IMG/VR virus record: IMGVR_UViG_3300021400_001148 | Coordinates: 256,001-320,000 of that record | From: a virus | Lineage: Duplodnaviria; Caudoviricetes | Strand: one strand, 5' to 3' | Length of the DNA stretch: 64,000 bases | Part shown: piece by piece, positions 27,901 to 36,550 of the stretch | Layout: the number at the start of each line of letters is the position of its first letter | Position numbering within the stretch: position 1 is the first letter of the stretch | The notes under the pieces: model-generated | Seen by the model: the letters and a program-made list of their open reading frames with translations, nothing else | What the model was told of the DNA's origin: nothing | Database searches by the model: none | Program-made: the position numbers and the translations under genes

Positions 27901-30844
27901 GAAATCATTGTTGGAAGATTGTATAAATTGGGGAGAATACGCCGCCCCGGGGCTTGCTGAGATGCCGAGACAGTCAAACAATGGTATAATGAACCTTTCC
28001 AAAGACGGAAAATACATAAAGATACCTGAGGTTTTTTCAACCTTGAAATCTGATAAGTTTGTCGAAGCGTTTAAATCTTGGGCTACGGCTGATGAATATA
28101 GTGGTGGTTGGAAAACAATTGAAAGACAGTATATAAACACAAATCCGGAGGAAAATCACAATTATGCGGTATTGACCAATAACGGAAAAATCTTAGTCAA
28201 CAACTACCGCACTGATGGTATGAGATATGTGCAGGGGTTGCTGGATGACGAATATTATCTAGAGTTCAGATACCCGATTAACAGGGCTGTTGTTGGTGAA
28301 CAGAGTATGAAGGAGCAGAGCTTGGCTGTAACTGAAAGTGATTTCAGGATTGTTTGGAACCGGTTCAGACGAAGATTAAGAGAAATACATGAAAGTAGGG
28401 AGGAAAGCATAAAAAACCTTGAGAAAGATATTGAAGGAAATATACAGGAATTTTCATCCGATGTTTACCTTTCGCTATATAATCTTTTTAAGGCATTGTG
28501 CAACAGGTGGCTTCTTTCGATGGATGAAAAACGCTTTAAGTTCACCAATAATCCGGAGAGGGATAAAGATTCAGTGAGAAGTATATGCCAATATTTTGTA
28601 TATACAAACTCATACCTTGAGTCTGTCGGGCAGAAACAGATTGTAGATATCAATAAATTTGGCGACCTCATAGAGACATACAGGAATGCCACCGTGCCTT
28701 CAAAATCTTTCTATGAATTCATATATGACATCGGTGCTGAAAATGGAGCACAACTTTTAGCCTTCCCCTTCTTCTTTAAGTTGGGGGATGAAACCGCCGA
28801 TGCTTTCCGAGAACTTTTCAAACCTCTTCCTTATGAAAGTGGTGTGAAGAATGAAACTTGGGACACTGATAACACTTATATCTTTATGTATCCGGAAAAA
28901 TCCAGTTCCAATGCTCCATATGAAAACGACAGCCGTTCGGAAGATGGAAGGTACAATTATGTGGACGATATCTGTCAGGTTGTTAACCCTGACGGAAATG
29001 AATCTCCACTCCTTCCGGAAACATTCAAAGTACTGAATGCCGGCGAGAAGTGCAAGTGTTTCGGTGTGACATTTGCCAAGGATAACCAAAGTTTTTTCAA
29101 GAACATAAATGTCAGTATGGATAACCCCAGAATGACTGATACCGCAATAGCAACAACGTTCAGTCTGGCTGACAGGTTTTCAAGCAAAGCGAATTCACAA
29201 TTGATTTCGTATGGGCAGAATCTTTTCTCGCTTTATTCCCAATATTCTTACCAGTGTACGGTTGAGATGCTGGGCTGTGCGAGGATTATGCCGCTTATGT
29301 ACTTCCAATTGAACAATATCCCTCTTTTCCGTGGAATGTATATTATATACAATGTAAAACACCACATTACCCCGGGGGATATGACAACTACTTTCGTCGG
29401 GCAGAGGATTAGCAGGAGGAGAACAAAATATACCGACGAGTACGGTAATATCGTGCTTTCAAAGACGGCTCAAGAGGTGGATGACAGTAGTATTTCAACA
29501 ACCATTTTTGATGGTGAAATGTCTGCTGACGGGTTGTCGACCGCAACGGGCAGAAAACTGCAGCCGGCAGAGGTGACCATATATAAAACCGTAAGGGAAT
29601 ATGCTGGGCTGACGGATGGTGTTGAGGAAAATGAAATGGTGGCAAGGCTTATGGCGCTCAGGACTGCCCTGACAAACAACACGAGGCCGACGGAAACTGT
29701 TGATGGATATTCTGTGGCATACCAGAGGTTTGACCCGTATGCCGCATATAATAGTAAAGATGGGAACCTGAATATCAGTGGAATTACCGCGAACAATGCG
29801 GTCTATGACTCATCATACAACCTTCCGACACTGAGCGAAACCACCAAGAGTTGTTTGAAAAACATAGAGACGGTTAAAATATCTGGAAGCACTTCTCCAG
29901 AAGAATGTGTTTTTTATGGAATTTGGAGTATCCCGGGGAGTGATTATAGAGCATGTGGCTGTAAGAACCTTACTTCTTTCATTGATGAGGAATATCGTGG
30001 CGGCGATGAACAATCACGACACTTCGGAACGCTTCTGAAAAATAGGGGCTTGGCAAAGTATATTAAAGAAGAAAGGTGGGAGGAATTCTTTAAGGAGTAT
30101 TTTCATCACAATAGTAGTGACACTAGGAAAAAGAAGTATCTTTATGGAAACTCTAGTAGTAACACAGCGAACAAAGTTTTTAAAGAACTGGCTGAAATTG
30201 TGAAAAATACAAAGGGTAAGTTGAAAAAGAACGCGGCCATTTCGAACAATGGGTTTGTCTCAAGACCTCAAAATGACAATAATAATAGTATTCCGCCTTT
30301 TGATACTACCGCAGCAAGGGATTGGCTTGCAAATCATGCTTTTCCGAGTTGGGCTACCGGTCAAGAACCCGGGGCGGCACACATCGCTTGCGGAAGAGTG
30401 ACTTCTGGGACTGGAAAATGTGCAAGATTCGTGACATCAGCAATGGCTGCTGGGGGTATCACCAGAACAAAAAACTATGATGTTAATGCCGCGGACCTTC
30501 TCCCTAACTTTACCGGAAATACTGCAACGGTATTAATTGACGGTGCCTATTATAAGCCGAAGGACCTTTGGGAAGAAATTTTTACAACAACCAATGTTTG
30601 GGCACGCCCAATTGGGTGTGAATGTGGTGACATATGTATTTTTGAGGCTAATGGTGCGCACCCTAATGGGCATATATGTATGTTTATGGGTGAAAGAAAT
30701 GGAGATGAACTATGGGCTTCAGATTATATTCAAGTCAATGCTTGGCATGGTATGAGTTTGAAAAATCTACCCGGACGATATCATATTTTCAGATATAAAA
30801 ACAGAAAGAGTGGCAGTAGGGCAGATTTACCGCCGACTTGTTAA
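24911..30844 (+). CDS. Baseplate hub protein with C-terminal muramidase-like and CHAP/amidase domains
   Basis: Hub-like N and C parts (LGIEYIDI...PEVNIKFTDVRG; YQCTVEMLGC..I.P.MYFQL.NIP.FRGMY.I..V.H.I). C-terminal GKCARFV...GDICIF...GHICMF...W.SD. Confidence 0.7.
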   Translation: MDIKNTDIQEVGRILYYEPNKKNGEVFNPEDYSIFVDLVVETTNRLTRKKSKAEANFDGKTLIFKGNHITSTSRNYLSTNVLNNTFQDIREGNNKECLGIEYIDIAFNSWNCPEVNIKFTDVRGASLLSPADYYDNRSVYGTYGDGGRNEEDFESSLISSFFKFPYPKYSLRIKGFYGKAVTYQLCVTDFKTSFNSSTGNFDINVKFIGYMFGFFTDIPFNFLYAAPFMSTGKKYWELSDFTFETGSKIPTLSELRKTLQDAGKTVDEDPNCRAAVKQISNERVTIDRTNDLHERFDDFVKEFPSITITTQSGVSSNNNRGESREELAWDIMFLPSKSSFFFDDKKNGINIESKYSAVAKEVVKSFEILGNDGRNTKQINEFINAVKKGGGSGKYKPENLTVKIFTVSYENDKFTLEKLADDENSSKTLPCCNKSEREEIWKKIDESKAEIEKLLARNYSNLGKDYTSFYAIYFPKSKIDKEIDSITNLATTEIENKKGIITSKKNSVIRNLIGFEPTIKNIVDIVLAHMDTAMHVIYDRVINRVAEKDNRKDMSRYGLTSDNTDINTKDPRNTAIPPFFTYYNTQKKDSKGINSFDTISKNEEMWIGDNPLLKNFDEVAFIKEYASALSEIDSEKREAEKTINDIRNGKDENLIYLLPIDNMDEIVNPYDGLIDDAAGDESMLEKVKKTLLYRTLLYKLFYKETVTSGNTTDNTWSHILSVLGEIEATAFSKTAAFIGLNDAVYKSINDDKTVFPVAPGSTVTISGGGYKRAVYNKEKIPIKFSSPDSFNSQASGELGSPYEKALISVEYPNQTSELNEMFSIATEPKPDFDGLVENVKGLFSKKSIGDSPKTTGYFTRGNWGEQFYVMKYLFDPNGNDMPKNSALSGVTRIDSSWINGQIIKYLDNALANKGFKDKTGRYLPAFAVNNSETLFNHEVFTSLSGETADLARAYLFLNTLPLKFDGLTKILRSMSTRAGIISLPKGLVLLLGALYWRKSLLEDCINWGEYAAPGLAEMPRQSNNGIMNLSKDGKYIKIPEVFSTLKSDKFVEAFKSWATADEYSGGWKTIERQYINTNPEENHNYAVLTNNGKILVNNYRTDGMRYVQGLLDDEYYLEFRYPINRAVVGEQSMKEQSLAVTESDFRIVWNRFRRRLREIHESREESIKNLEKDIEGNIQEFSSDVYLSLYNLFKALCNRWLLSMDEKRFKFTNNPERDKDSVRSICQYFVYTNSYLESVGQKQIVDINKFGDLIETYRNATVPSKSFYEFIYDIGAENGAQLLAFPFFFKLGDETADAFRELFKPLPYESGVKNETWDTDNTYIFMYPEKSSSNAPYENDSRSEDGRYNYVDDICQVVNPDGNESPLLPETFKVLNAGEKCKCFGVTFAKDNQSFFKNINVSMDNPRMTDTAIATTFSLADRFSSKANSQLISYGQNLFSLYSQYSYQCTVEMLGCARIMPLMYFQLNNIPLFRGMYIIYNVKHHITPGDMTTTFVGQRISRRRTKYTDEYGNIVLSKTAQEVDDSSISTTIFDGEMSADGLSTATGRKLQPAEVTIYKTVREYAGLTDGVEENEMVARLMALRTALTNNTRPTETVDGYSVAYQRFDPYAAYNSKDGNLNISGITANNAVYDSSYNLPTLSETTKSCLKNIETVKISGSTSPEECVFYGIWSIPGSDYRACGCKNLTSFIDEEYRGGDEQSRHFGTLLKNRGLAKYIKEERWEEFFKEYFHHNSSDTRKKKYLYGNSSSNTANKVFKELAEIVKNTKGKLKKNAAISNNGFVSRPQNDNNNSIPPFDTTAARDWLANHAFPSWATGQEPGAAHIACGRVTSGTGKCARFVTSAMAAGGITRTKNYDVNAADLLPNFTGNTATVLIDGAYYKPKDLWEEIFTTTNVWARPIGCECGDICIFEANGAHPNGHICMFMGERNGDELWASDYIQVNAWHGMSLKNLPGRYHIFRYKNRKSGSRADLPPTC

Positions 30845-30857
30845 ATTGAAAACTTTC

Positions 30858-30870
30858 TTGTATATTTGTA
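30858..30870 (+). promoter_or_regulatory. Early/middle promoter TTGTATATTTGTA
   Basis: TAnnTTTG core, 21 nt upstream of ATG 30892. Confidence 0.65.
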
Positions 30871-30891
30871 CAAATTTTTAGTACAAAATTT

Positions 30892-31482
30892 ATGAGATTT
30901 ATTGGGAGAATCATTTCCTTTACGAAAATAGAAGATGTGTCTGAGTTCATTGAAGTAACTTCAGATGCATCTTCAATTGTTGATAATGCCACCACTATAC
31001 CCACGCTGATTATTGGCTACAAAAAGGCACAAGAATTATGTGGTGAAGTTAATATACTTAAGAAACAAATTTCCACAAATCTTTGGTGGACATTTTCCAA
31101 GAGGGAGCGGAGAATTGATTTTGAGTCCGACCTGAAAGATTTTTTAAAGCGTGTTGCAGAGTTCATTAAGACATACAGTGACTACCGTTTTTTCAGTCTT
31201 TTAACCTCGCCTGACGATGAAAAACGCGAATTGATAAAAGTATTGAAAAACAATAAAACAGTGGCATATCAAACAGAAAAAATGCTTTATATCTTTCTGC
31301 CCCACGCTAAAAAAACTATTGGTATATCAATTGGCGAACTTTCATATATTGGGAAAACGGCTGAGGATGCCAAGGGGTGGTTTAATCTTTCAGACTTCGT
31401 TCCTGAGACTTTTTTGACTGATGATATTTTTAAGGAAATCCCCTACAGAGTTCCCTTCCTTTACTATTTAGCCTCTTTTTGA
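30892..31482 (+). CDS. Hypothetical protein
   Basis: 196-aa ORF behind a promoter motif; PTLIIG...WWTFSKRE. Confidence 0.75.
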   Translation: MRFIGRIISFTKIEDVSEFIEVTSDASSIVDNATTIPTLIIGYKKAQELCGEVNILKKQISTNLWWTFSKRERRIDFESDLKDFLKRVAEFIKTYSDYRFFSLLTSPDDEKRELIKVLKNNKTVAYQTEKMLYIFLPHAKKTIGISIGELSYIGKTAEDAKGWFNLSDFVPETFLTDDIFKEIPYRVPFLYYLASF

Positions 31483-31517
31483 GTTTCTTAGATATTTATT
31501 GTAAAGAAATTATCAAA

Positions 31518-31817
31518 ATGAGAATATTGGGTATTAAAAATAAAAGGGTTATGCATGTTGCCCCAAAGTTTCAAGCCAGAATTCTTCATCGTTCACTAGA
31601 GCCTACTGCGTCTCACGAAACTTCTAACAGCACGACAGTGTCAAAAGAAGATATTGCTAAGGTTCTGGAAGAAGTAAAGAAAGAAGTAGAAACTCTTGCA
31701 GCATCGCCCGTCTCCCCTACACCAAAAAAAACTCCACGAAAGAAAAAGGCTGTTGCTGAAGATATAGAGGCTGCGGGAATAGAGGAAAAACAAGAAAATA
31801 ACGAAGTTAATGAATAA
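31518..31817 (+). CDS. Hypothetical low-complexity charged protein
   Basis: Start moved to ATG 31518. TATTTATT motif at 31493-31500. Confidence 0.6.
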   Translation: MRILGIKNKRVMHVAPKFQARILHRSLEPTASHETSNSTTVSKEDIAKVLEEVKKEVETLAASPVSPTPKKTPRKKKAVAEDIEAAGIEEKQENNEVNE

Positions 31818-31822
31818 AGAAC

Positions 31823-31993
31823 ATGGGAAACAATTTAACCAAAGAGGAAATAGCCACAATGAACAACCTACTTGACAAACTTGGGGTTGGTGAGGCTAAA
31901 CATGTCATCAAGAAAAATACTGGTCTCCTCGAACGCAGTTCAAAAGACAAAGTTATTATAACAGAAGATAATAGACAAATCCTTACTGACTAA
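31823..31993 (+). CDS. Small hypothetical protein (56 aa), not in the ORF track
   Basis: Hand translation MGNNLTKEEIATMNNLLDKLGVGEAKHVIKKNTGLLERSSKDKVIITEDNRQILTD. It fills the gap between its neighbours with 5 nt and 1 nt spacers. Confidence 0.7.
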   Translation: MGNNLTKEEIATMNNLLDKLGVGEAKHVIKKNTGLLERSSKDKVIITEDNRQILTD

Positions 31994-31994
31994 C

Positions 31995-32816
31995 ATGGAA
32001 AGGGAAGTTCTTAAAGAAGATGTACAGCGTTTTCAACAGATTGTTGAATATGTTGAAATGGGTGGAAATCTGATTGAAGATGGTGAAGACCAGAACCTTG
32101 ACCCGAACGCAGGCAATGACGCAGCCCCTGGTGCTCCCGCCGCTCCCGCAGGCCCAGCCGGCCCCGCAGCAGACCCTACCGCTATGGGCGGTGCTCCTGA
32201 TATGAACGGTGGTGCTCCTGATATGAGTGGCGCCGGACCTCTTGGCGGCCCAGCCGCCGGTCCAGATGCTGGAAATGCTGAAGACCCATCTGCTGGTGGT
32301 GAAGGTGCTCCCGCACCAGAAGGGTTTGACCCACAAGTTAGTGACATTTCGGCTGATGACTCTGCCGCTGCAGTCGAACAACCCGGTGCGGATGACAATG
32401 TCCTTGATGTGGACGACCTCACAAATGCACAGGAAGAGGCCAATGCTGCCATACAGGGTCTTGATTCAAAATTTGAAAAACTTGTCGGCACACTGGACAA
32501 GTTCATTTCTGCTATTGACAAGAATGATGCTGAAATACAGAATTTGAAACAGGAGCTTGAAAAAAGGAATCCTACCCCATTGGAAAAACTTGACCTCAGA
32601 AGCGTAAACGATTCATTTCCTTATAATGTGAAACCCACTGATTATTGGAAAGACAAAGAGGCAACATCCAACTACAGGGTTGGTGGTGACGATGAAACAC
32701 CGAAACAATATGACCTTCATCAATCAGATGTAGATAATTTTTCGGATTGGAAGTCAATTTCAGACTCATTGGATGATGAGGATTTTTCAAGCATCAGCAA
32801 ACTGGTTAACTTCTAG
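31995..32816 (+). CDS. Acidic Pro/Ala/Gly-rich protein with coiled coil (prohead core/scaffold-like)
   Basis: VLKE and LIE motifs, a PAG-rich linker, LDVDDLT, a coiled coil and PTPLEKLDLRS..SFPYN. Confidence 0.6.
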   Translation: MEREVLKEDVQRFQQIVEYVEMGGNLIEDGEDQNLDPNAGNDAAPGAPAAPAGPAGPAADPTAMGGAPDMNGGAPDMSGAGPLGGPAAGPDAGNAEDPSAGGEGAPAPEGFDPQVSDISADDSAAAVEQPGADDNVLDVDDLTNAQEEANAAIQGLDSKFEKLVGTLDKFISAIDKNDAEIQNLKQELEKRNPTPLEKLDLRSVNDSFPYNVKPTDYWKDKEATSNYRVGGDDETPKQYDLHQSDVDNFSDWKSISDSLDDEDFSSISKLVNF

Positions 32817-32820
32817 ACAT

Positions 32821-32849
32821 ATTTTGGGTGGGCAACTCCCACCCAAAAT
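32821..32849. terminator. Perfect 12-bp hairpin (probable terminator)
   Basis: ATTTTGGGTGGG-CAACT-CCCACCCAAAAT directly after the stop at 32816. Confidence 0.75.
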
Positions 32850-32859
32850 TTCATAGAGT

Positions 32860-32874
32860 TTTTGTATATTTGCA
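32860..32874 (+). promoter_or_regulatory. Early/middle promoter TTTTGTATATTTGCA
   Basis: Upstream of the SSB gene. Confidence 0.75.
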
Positions 32875-32911
32875 TATATCTTTTTAATAAAATTTTAAGT
32901 TTTTTTAATTT

Positions 32912-33976
32912 ATGGACAATTATTATGAAAATCAACCACTGGTTGATTCTACAAATGAGGTTATAGAGAATGATTCCGCACCGGAAGAACATTATAACTA
33001 CAACACCGGAACATCATTCGATGTAAAAAACTATCTCGATACGAAGATACCTGAGGGAAAATCTGAAAAAACAATTAAAATTCGTCTTATTCCGTTCCCG
33101 GAAACATCCTCACCTTTCCTTCATATTCACATGCATTCTATAAAGGTTCCTGCGGAAATTTCTGCATCAGGCTTTAAGAGTTATGTTTGTGTGGAAAAGA
33201 CAGACGGTATCGATAAGGCAAAGTATGGCGGGAAATGTCCTTTCTGTGAAATGAACAAATCCGCTTACCAGGATATGACTAAACAGACGGACCCACTCAA
33301 AAAAGAATACTATAAGAAAATTTCTTTGAGCAACCTCGCCAAGCCAGTTGTAATTATGCGTTGTATTGAACGCGGTAAGGAAAATGAGGGCGTCAAGTTC
33401 TGGAAAGTGAATGTAAGGCAGGACAAGGGGGATGCTTATAACTTGATTAAAACCCTTTACGCAACGAGGAAAAATGAGTGGCTTGCAGACCCAGAAAACA
33501 AGGGGAAGGACCCTGCAGAATCTAATATACTTTCTTGGAGAGAATACGGATATGATTTGACAATCACATTCAAGACTAAAGAAGAAGTTGACAAAAAAAC
33601 AAACAAGGTTGTAAAGAAGACATCCGTTCAAATTTCCGATGCAAGGAAGCCCACACCTCTTTCTCCGGATTTGGAGCAAGTGAGGGCTTGGATATATGAC
33701 CCGAAGAAGTGGTATGAGGTTTTTCCTCCAAAACATTACGATTACACTGCTCTTGTTCTTCAGGGTAAAGTTCCTTTCTTTGACAAAGCACTAGGAAAGT
33801 GGGTTTCAAAGGAAGAGAAGAATGAAAATGATGAGAAAGCGGCTGACGCAATGGACAAAACCATTCAGGAAGCGCAATTAGCAGCAGCCGGCGTACCCAA
33901 TGGAAAATTACCGGAACCTCAAAACGCTCAACCCGACTCAGTTCCGCTTTTTGATGGAGGAGACCTCCCGTTCTAA
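32912..33976 (+). CDS. Single-stranded DNA-binding protein (T4 gp32-like)
   Basis: IRLIP, H..H, VC...CPFCE Zn site, GVKFW, GYDLTI and an acidic DLPF C-terminus. Confidence 0.85.
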   Translation: MDNYYENQPLVDSTNEVIENDSAPEEHYNYNTGTSFDVKNYLDTKIPEGKSEKTIKIRLIPFPETSSPFLHIHMHSIKVPAEISASGFKSYVCVEKTDGIDKAKYGGKCPFCEMNKSAYQDMTKQTDPLKKEYYKKISLSNLAKPVVIMRCIERGKENEGVKFWKVNVRQDKGDAYNLIKTLYATRKNEWLADPENKGKDPAESNILSWREYGYDLTITFKTKEEVDKKTNKVVKKTSVQISDARKPTPLSPDLEQVRAWIYDPKKWYEVFPPKHYDYTALVLQGKVPFFDKALGKWVSKEEKNENDEKAADAMDKTIQEAQLAAAGVPNGKLPEPQNAQPDSVPLFDGGDLPF

Positions 33977-33982
33977 TTTTTT

Positions 33983-34009
33983 GAAACCGTCACATAGGTG
34001 GCGGTTTTC
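33983..34009 (+). terminator. Terminator hairpin
   Basis: AAACCGTCAC-ATAG-GTGGCGGTTT. Confidence 0.7.
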
Positions 34010-34016
34010 ATATTTT

Positions 34017-34031
34017 TTTTGTATATTTGCA
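34017..34031 (+). promoter_or_regulatory. Early/middle promoter TTTTGTATATTTGCA
   Basis: Upstream of the RecA-like gene. Confidence 0.75.
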
Positions 34032-34064
34032 AAAACAGTCAATAAATTTAAATCTATATAAATT

Positions 34065-35192
34065 ATGGCAACACAGCCTTTAAAGAAAAAAGAAGTAAAG
34101 AAATTCGATATCAATGCGTTTAAAACCAGCCTGAATCTTCCCACAGCGGCGGAGAAACCTATGGAGTGGTTTGTAATGCCAAAGGGATTCACAGATGCAA
34201 CGGGCCTTCCCGGCATCCCTAAGGGGTGGTTCTCTGGATGCTACGGTTGGAACTCCACTGGTAAATCGACAATTAAGAATTGCCTCATTGCGGCGGCGCA
34301 GAAACAGGGTGCTCTTCCAGTTATTTTCGAAACGGAAAGCAATTTTGATTTCAAGTATGCAATCAAATGCGGTATGGAGGCTGAGCCGGTAATGGGCATT
34401 GATGAAGAAACTGGTGAACAGAAGGTTATTGACTATACCGGCAACTTCATTCTCTTCAATAACGAGGCTATGTGCGATTATTGTGGAGATATGGACTACA
34501 GTGATATGAAACGGAAGTCCACCAAGAGGCGTGTTGCTGTCATTGAGGACATTGCATACATCATCAATGATTTCCTTGATAAGCAGGAGAGAGGTGAACT
34601 CCCCGTTGACCTTCTTTTCGTATGGGATTCTGTCGGTAGTATTGGCGGTTGGAAGTCATATTCGAGCAAAGCGGGCAACAATATGTTTGATGCCAACTCC
34701 ATTTCTGTTGCCTTCAATAGCATTGTAAACACGAGAATTCCTTCTTCAAGAAGTCAGAATTATCCCTATACAAACACATTCTTCATCGTGAACAAGATAT
34801 GGGATAGTTCGATGGCAACAATGGGTAAGCCTTCCGTTAAGATGAAAGGTGGTGTCAGTTTCGAGTATGCCATCAGGCTTCTCATCTCTTGCGGTAAGAT
34901 TGTTACTTCCGGCGTTAAGAAACTGGAGGCGATTGTAAAGGGTGAGAAATACGAATATGGTACAGTAGCACCGATTGCGGTTAAGAAGAATCATCTCCCT
35001 TCGCCCTATAATGTAACAAGAGAAGGTGACCTCTATTGCGTCAATGGTATTATTTCCGAAGATGAGATTGACGAATACAAGAAGAAGATTCTACCAACGA
35101 TAATCGAGGAACTCAAAAAGGGTGCCGGGTCTGGAAAATTTGAAAACATTTCAGATGATGACATTCAATTTGTAGAGGAAGAAGGGGATTAA
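34065..35192 (+). CDS. recA: RecA/UvsX-family recombinase
   Basis: PGIPKG, Walker A GWNSTGKST, FETE, Walker B FVWDSVG, VNKIW, KGG, VKKNH. Confidence 0.9.
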   Translation: MATQPLKKKEVKKFDINAFKTSLNLPTAAEKPMEWFVMPKGFTDATGLPGIPKGWFSGCYGWNSTGKSTIKNCLIAAAQKQGALPVIFETESNFDFKYAIKCGMEAEPVMGIDEETGEQKVIDYTGNFILFNNEAMCDYCGDMDYSDMKRKSTKRRVAVIEDIAYIINDFLDKQERGELPVDLLFVWDSVGSIGGWKSYSSKAGNNMFDANSISVAFNSIVNTRIPSSRSQNYPYTNTFFIVNKIWDSSMATMGKPSVKMKGGVSFEYAIRLLISCGKIVTSGVKKLEAIVKGEKYEYGTVAPIAVKKNHLPSPYNVTREGDLYCVNGIISEDEIDEYKKKILPTIIEELKKGAGSGKFENISDDDIQFVEEEGD

Positions 35193-35199
35193 GTTTTGT

Positions 35200-35243
35200 A
35201 TAGAACCGTGGTTGGCAACGCCTTCTACGGTTCTATTGTTTTT
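35200..35243 (+). terminator. Terminator hairpin
   Basis: ATAGAACCGTGG...CTACGGTTCTAT followed by a T-rich tail. Confidence 0.65.
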
Positions 35244-35274
35244 TGCGCCAAGCAAAGATATGAATTAAGAAAAA

Positions 35275-35316
35275 TTTTGTATATTTGCAATTGTGTGAAA
35301 TTATGTGATATTTATA
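35275..35316 (+). promoter_or_regulatory. Tandem early (TTTTGTATATTTGCA, 35275-35289) and late (TATTTATA, 35309-35316) motifs
   Basis: Both motif classes precede ATG 35321 on the same strand. Confidence 0.65.
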
Positions 35317-35320
35317 AAGA

Positions 35321-36550
35321 ATGAAACGACTATTTTTATGCATAATATTTCTATTAACTTTTGGAGTAGCCGGGTTCTCACAAGACGCTGTTAGTTCCAC
35401 GATTGAATTTGTGGTCAACACCAACAGGTTTGTTGAGAACGGGAAGTATTATGATTACAAACAAAAGATAATTCCACTTATTCGGAAGAAGTCTGATGAG
35501 ATAGAGCATATTTATTTAATTGGTTCTGCATCCCCGGAGGGTAATTACGAAGCAAACAGAAGACTGGCAATGGCCAGACTTGACAAGATTTATTCAGAGT
35601 TGTCCAGATATATCTCAGGGTCTAAGATAACAACAAGTTGTGATTATGAACTTTTTTTGAGAAAAACTGGATATTCAGAAAAGGATTTTCCCCAATTGAG
35701 GGCAACTTACATTGAGGTATGCTTTAAAGAAAAAGAAGAAAAGAAAGATACGGTCCGAGTTGAGAAACGAGATACCGTACAAATCGAAAAACGGGACACT
35801 GTTCGTTTGGAGAAACGAGATACTTTCGAGATAGAGAAGACCATTGAGGTAGTAAAAATAGATACCGTTTTTAGGGAAGCACCGGCAAAGGTTGATACAG
35901 TATTTAAGTATATTGGCCAAGAACCACAAAGTAAGTGTGATAAACTCGTTTTTTCTGTGGAAACCAATTTGTCTGGAGATTTCATTAAGGCCCCGGGTAT
36001 AAATGTTGAGTTTTATTTCAGTCAGCTTTCATTTTTTGCTGAGGGAAATTTTGCAAATACAACTCTTAAGGGAAAGGATTTCAATTTTGATTTGTGGCAT
36101 ACGGGACTTAGGAAGTACTTCAACGACAACTATGATAAGGTATTCATAGAAGTATATGGAAGAACTGGGTATTTTGATATGGATGTTTTTGGGGATGATT
36201 GTGGAAAGTTTGGAATACCTTTTGGTGTAGGTTTCGGCCTCGGGTATAAATTCAGTTTATGTTCGCATATCAAGATATACCCATTTTTCCGAATAGGGTA
36301 TGACTATGTTAAATTTTGTGATTACTACATTTATGACGGTGGAAATGTAGGTGTGTCGTTCAATCAATATGTTGATGGCAAAAATGGGTCGACGGAAACT
36401 AAAGCAAACGGAGTTACATTTGTCGAAAAAGAAAATAGGGTAATTAGCAAGGAATTTTTTGAAAAAGCAAAAACTGCACATTGGTTCGGGCCAACATACA
36501 TTGGCTTTATGATGCAGTTGGATTTACACAAGAAAAACAAAAATGAATAA
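35321..36550 (+). CDS. Outer-membrane protein: signal peptide, OmpA-like domain and DUF3575-like beta-barrel
   Basis: Sec signal; IGSASPEGNYEANRRLAMAR...FPQLRAT; FSVETNL...PGINVEF...GLGYKF...GY...WFGPT. Confidence 0.75.
   Translation: MKRLFLCIIFLLTFGVAGFSQDAVSSTIEFVVNTNRFVENGKYYDYKQKIIPLIRKKSDEIEHIYLIGSASPEGNYEANRRLAMARLDKIYSELSRYISGSKITTSCDYELFLRKTGYSEKDFPQLRATYIEVCFKEKEEKKDTVRVEKRDTVQIEKRDTVRLEKRDTFEIEKTIEVVKIDTVFREAPAKVDTVFKYIGQEPQSKCDKLVFSVETNLSGDFIKAPGINVEFYFSQLSFFAEGNFANTTLKGKDFNFDLWHTGLRKYFNDNYDKVFIEVYGRTGYFDMDVFGDDCGKFGIPFGVGFGLGYKFSLCSHIKIYPFFRIGYDYVKFCDYYIYDGGNVGVSFNQYVDGKNGSTETKANGVTFVEKENRVISKEFFEKAKTAHWFGPTYIGFMMQLDLHKKNKNE
35738..35905 (+). repeat. 24-bp (8-aa) EKRDTVxx coding repeats
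   Basis: EKKDTVRV EKRDTVQI EKRDTVRL EKRDTFEI ... KIDTVF ... KVDTVF. Confidence 0.8.
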
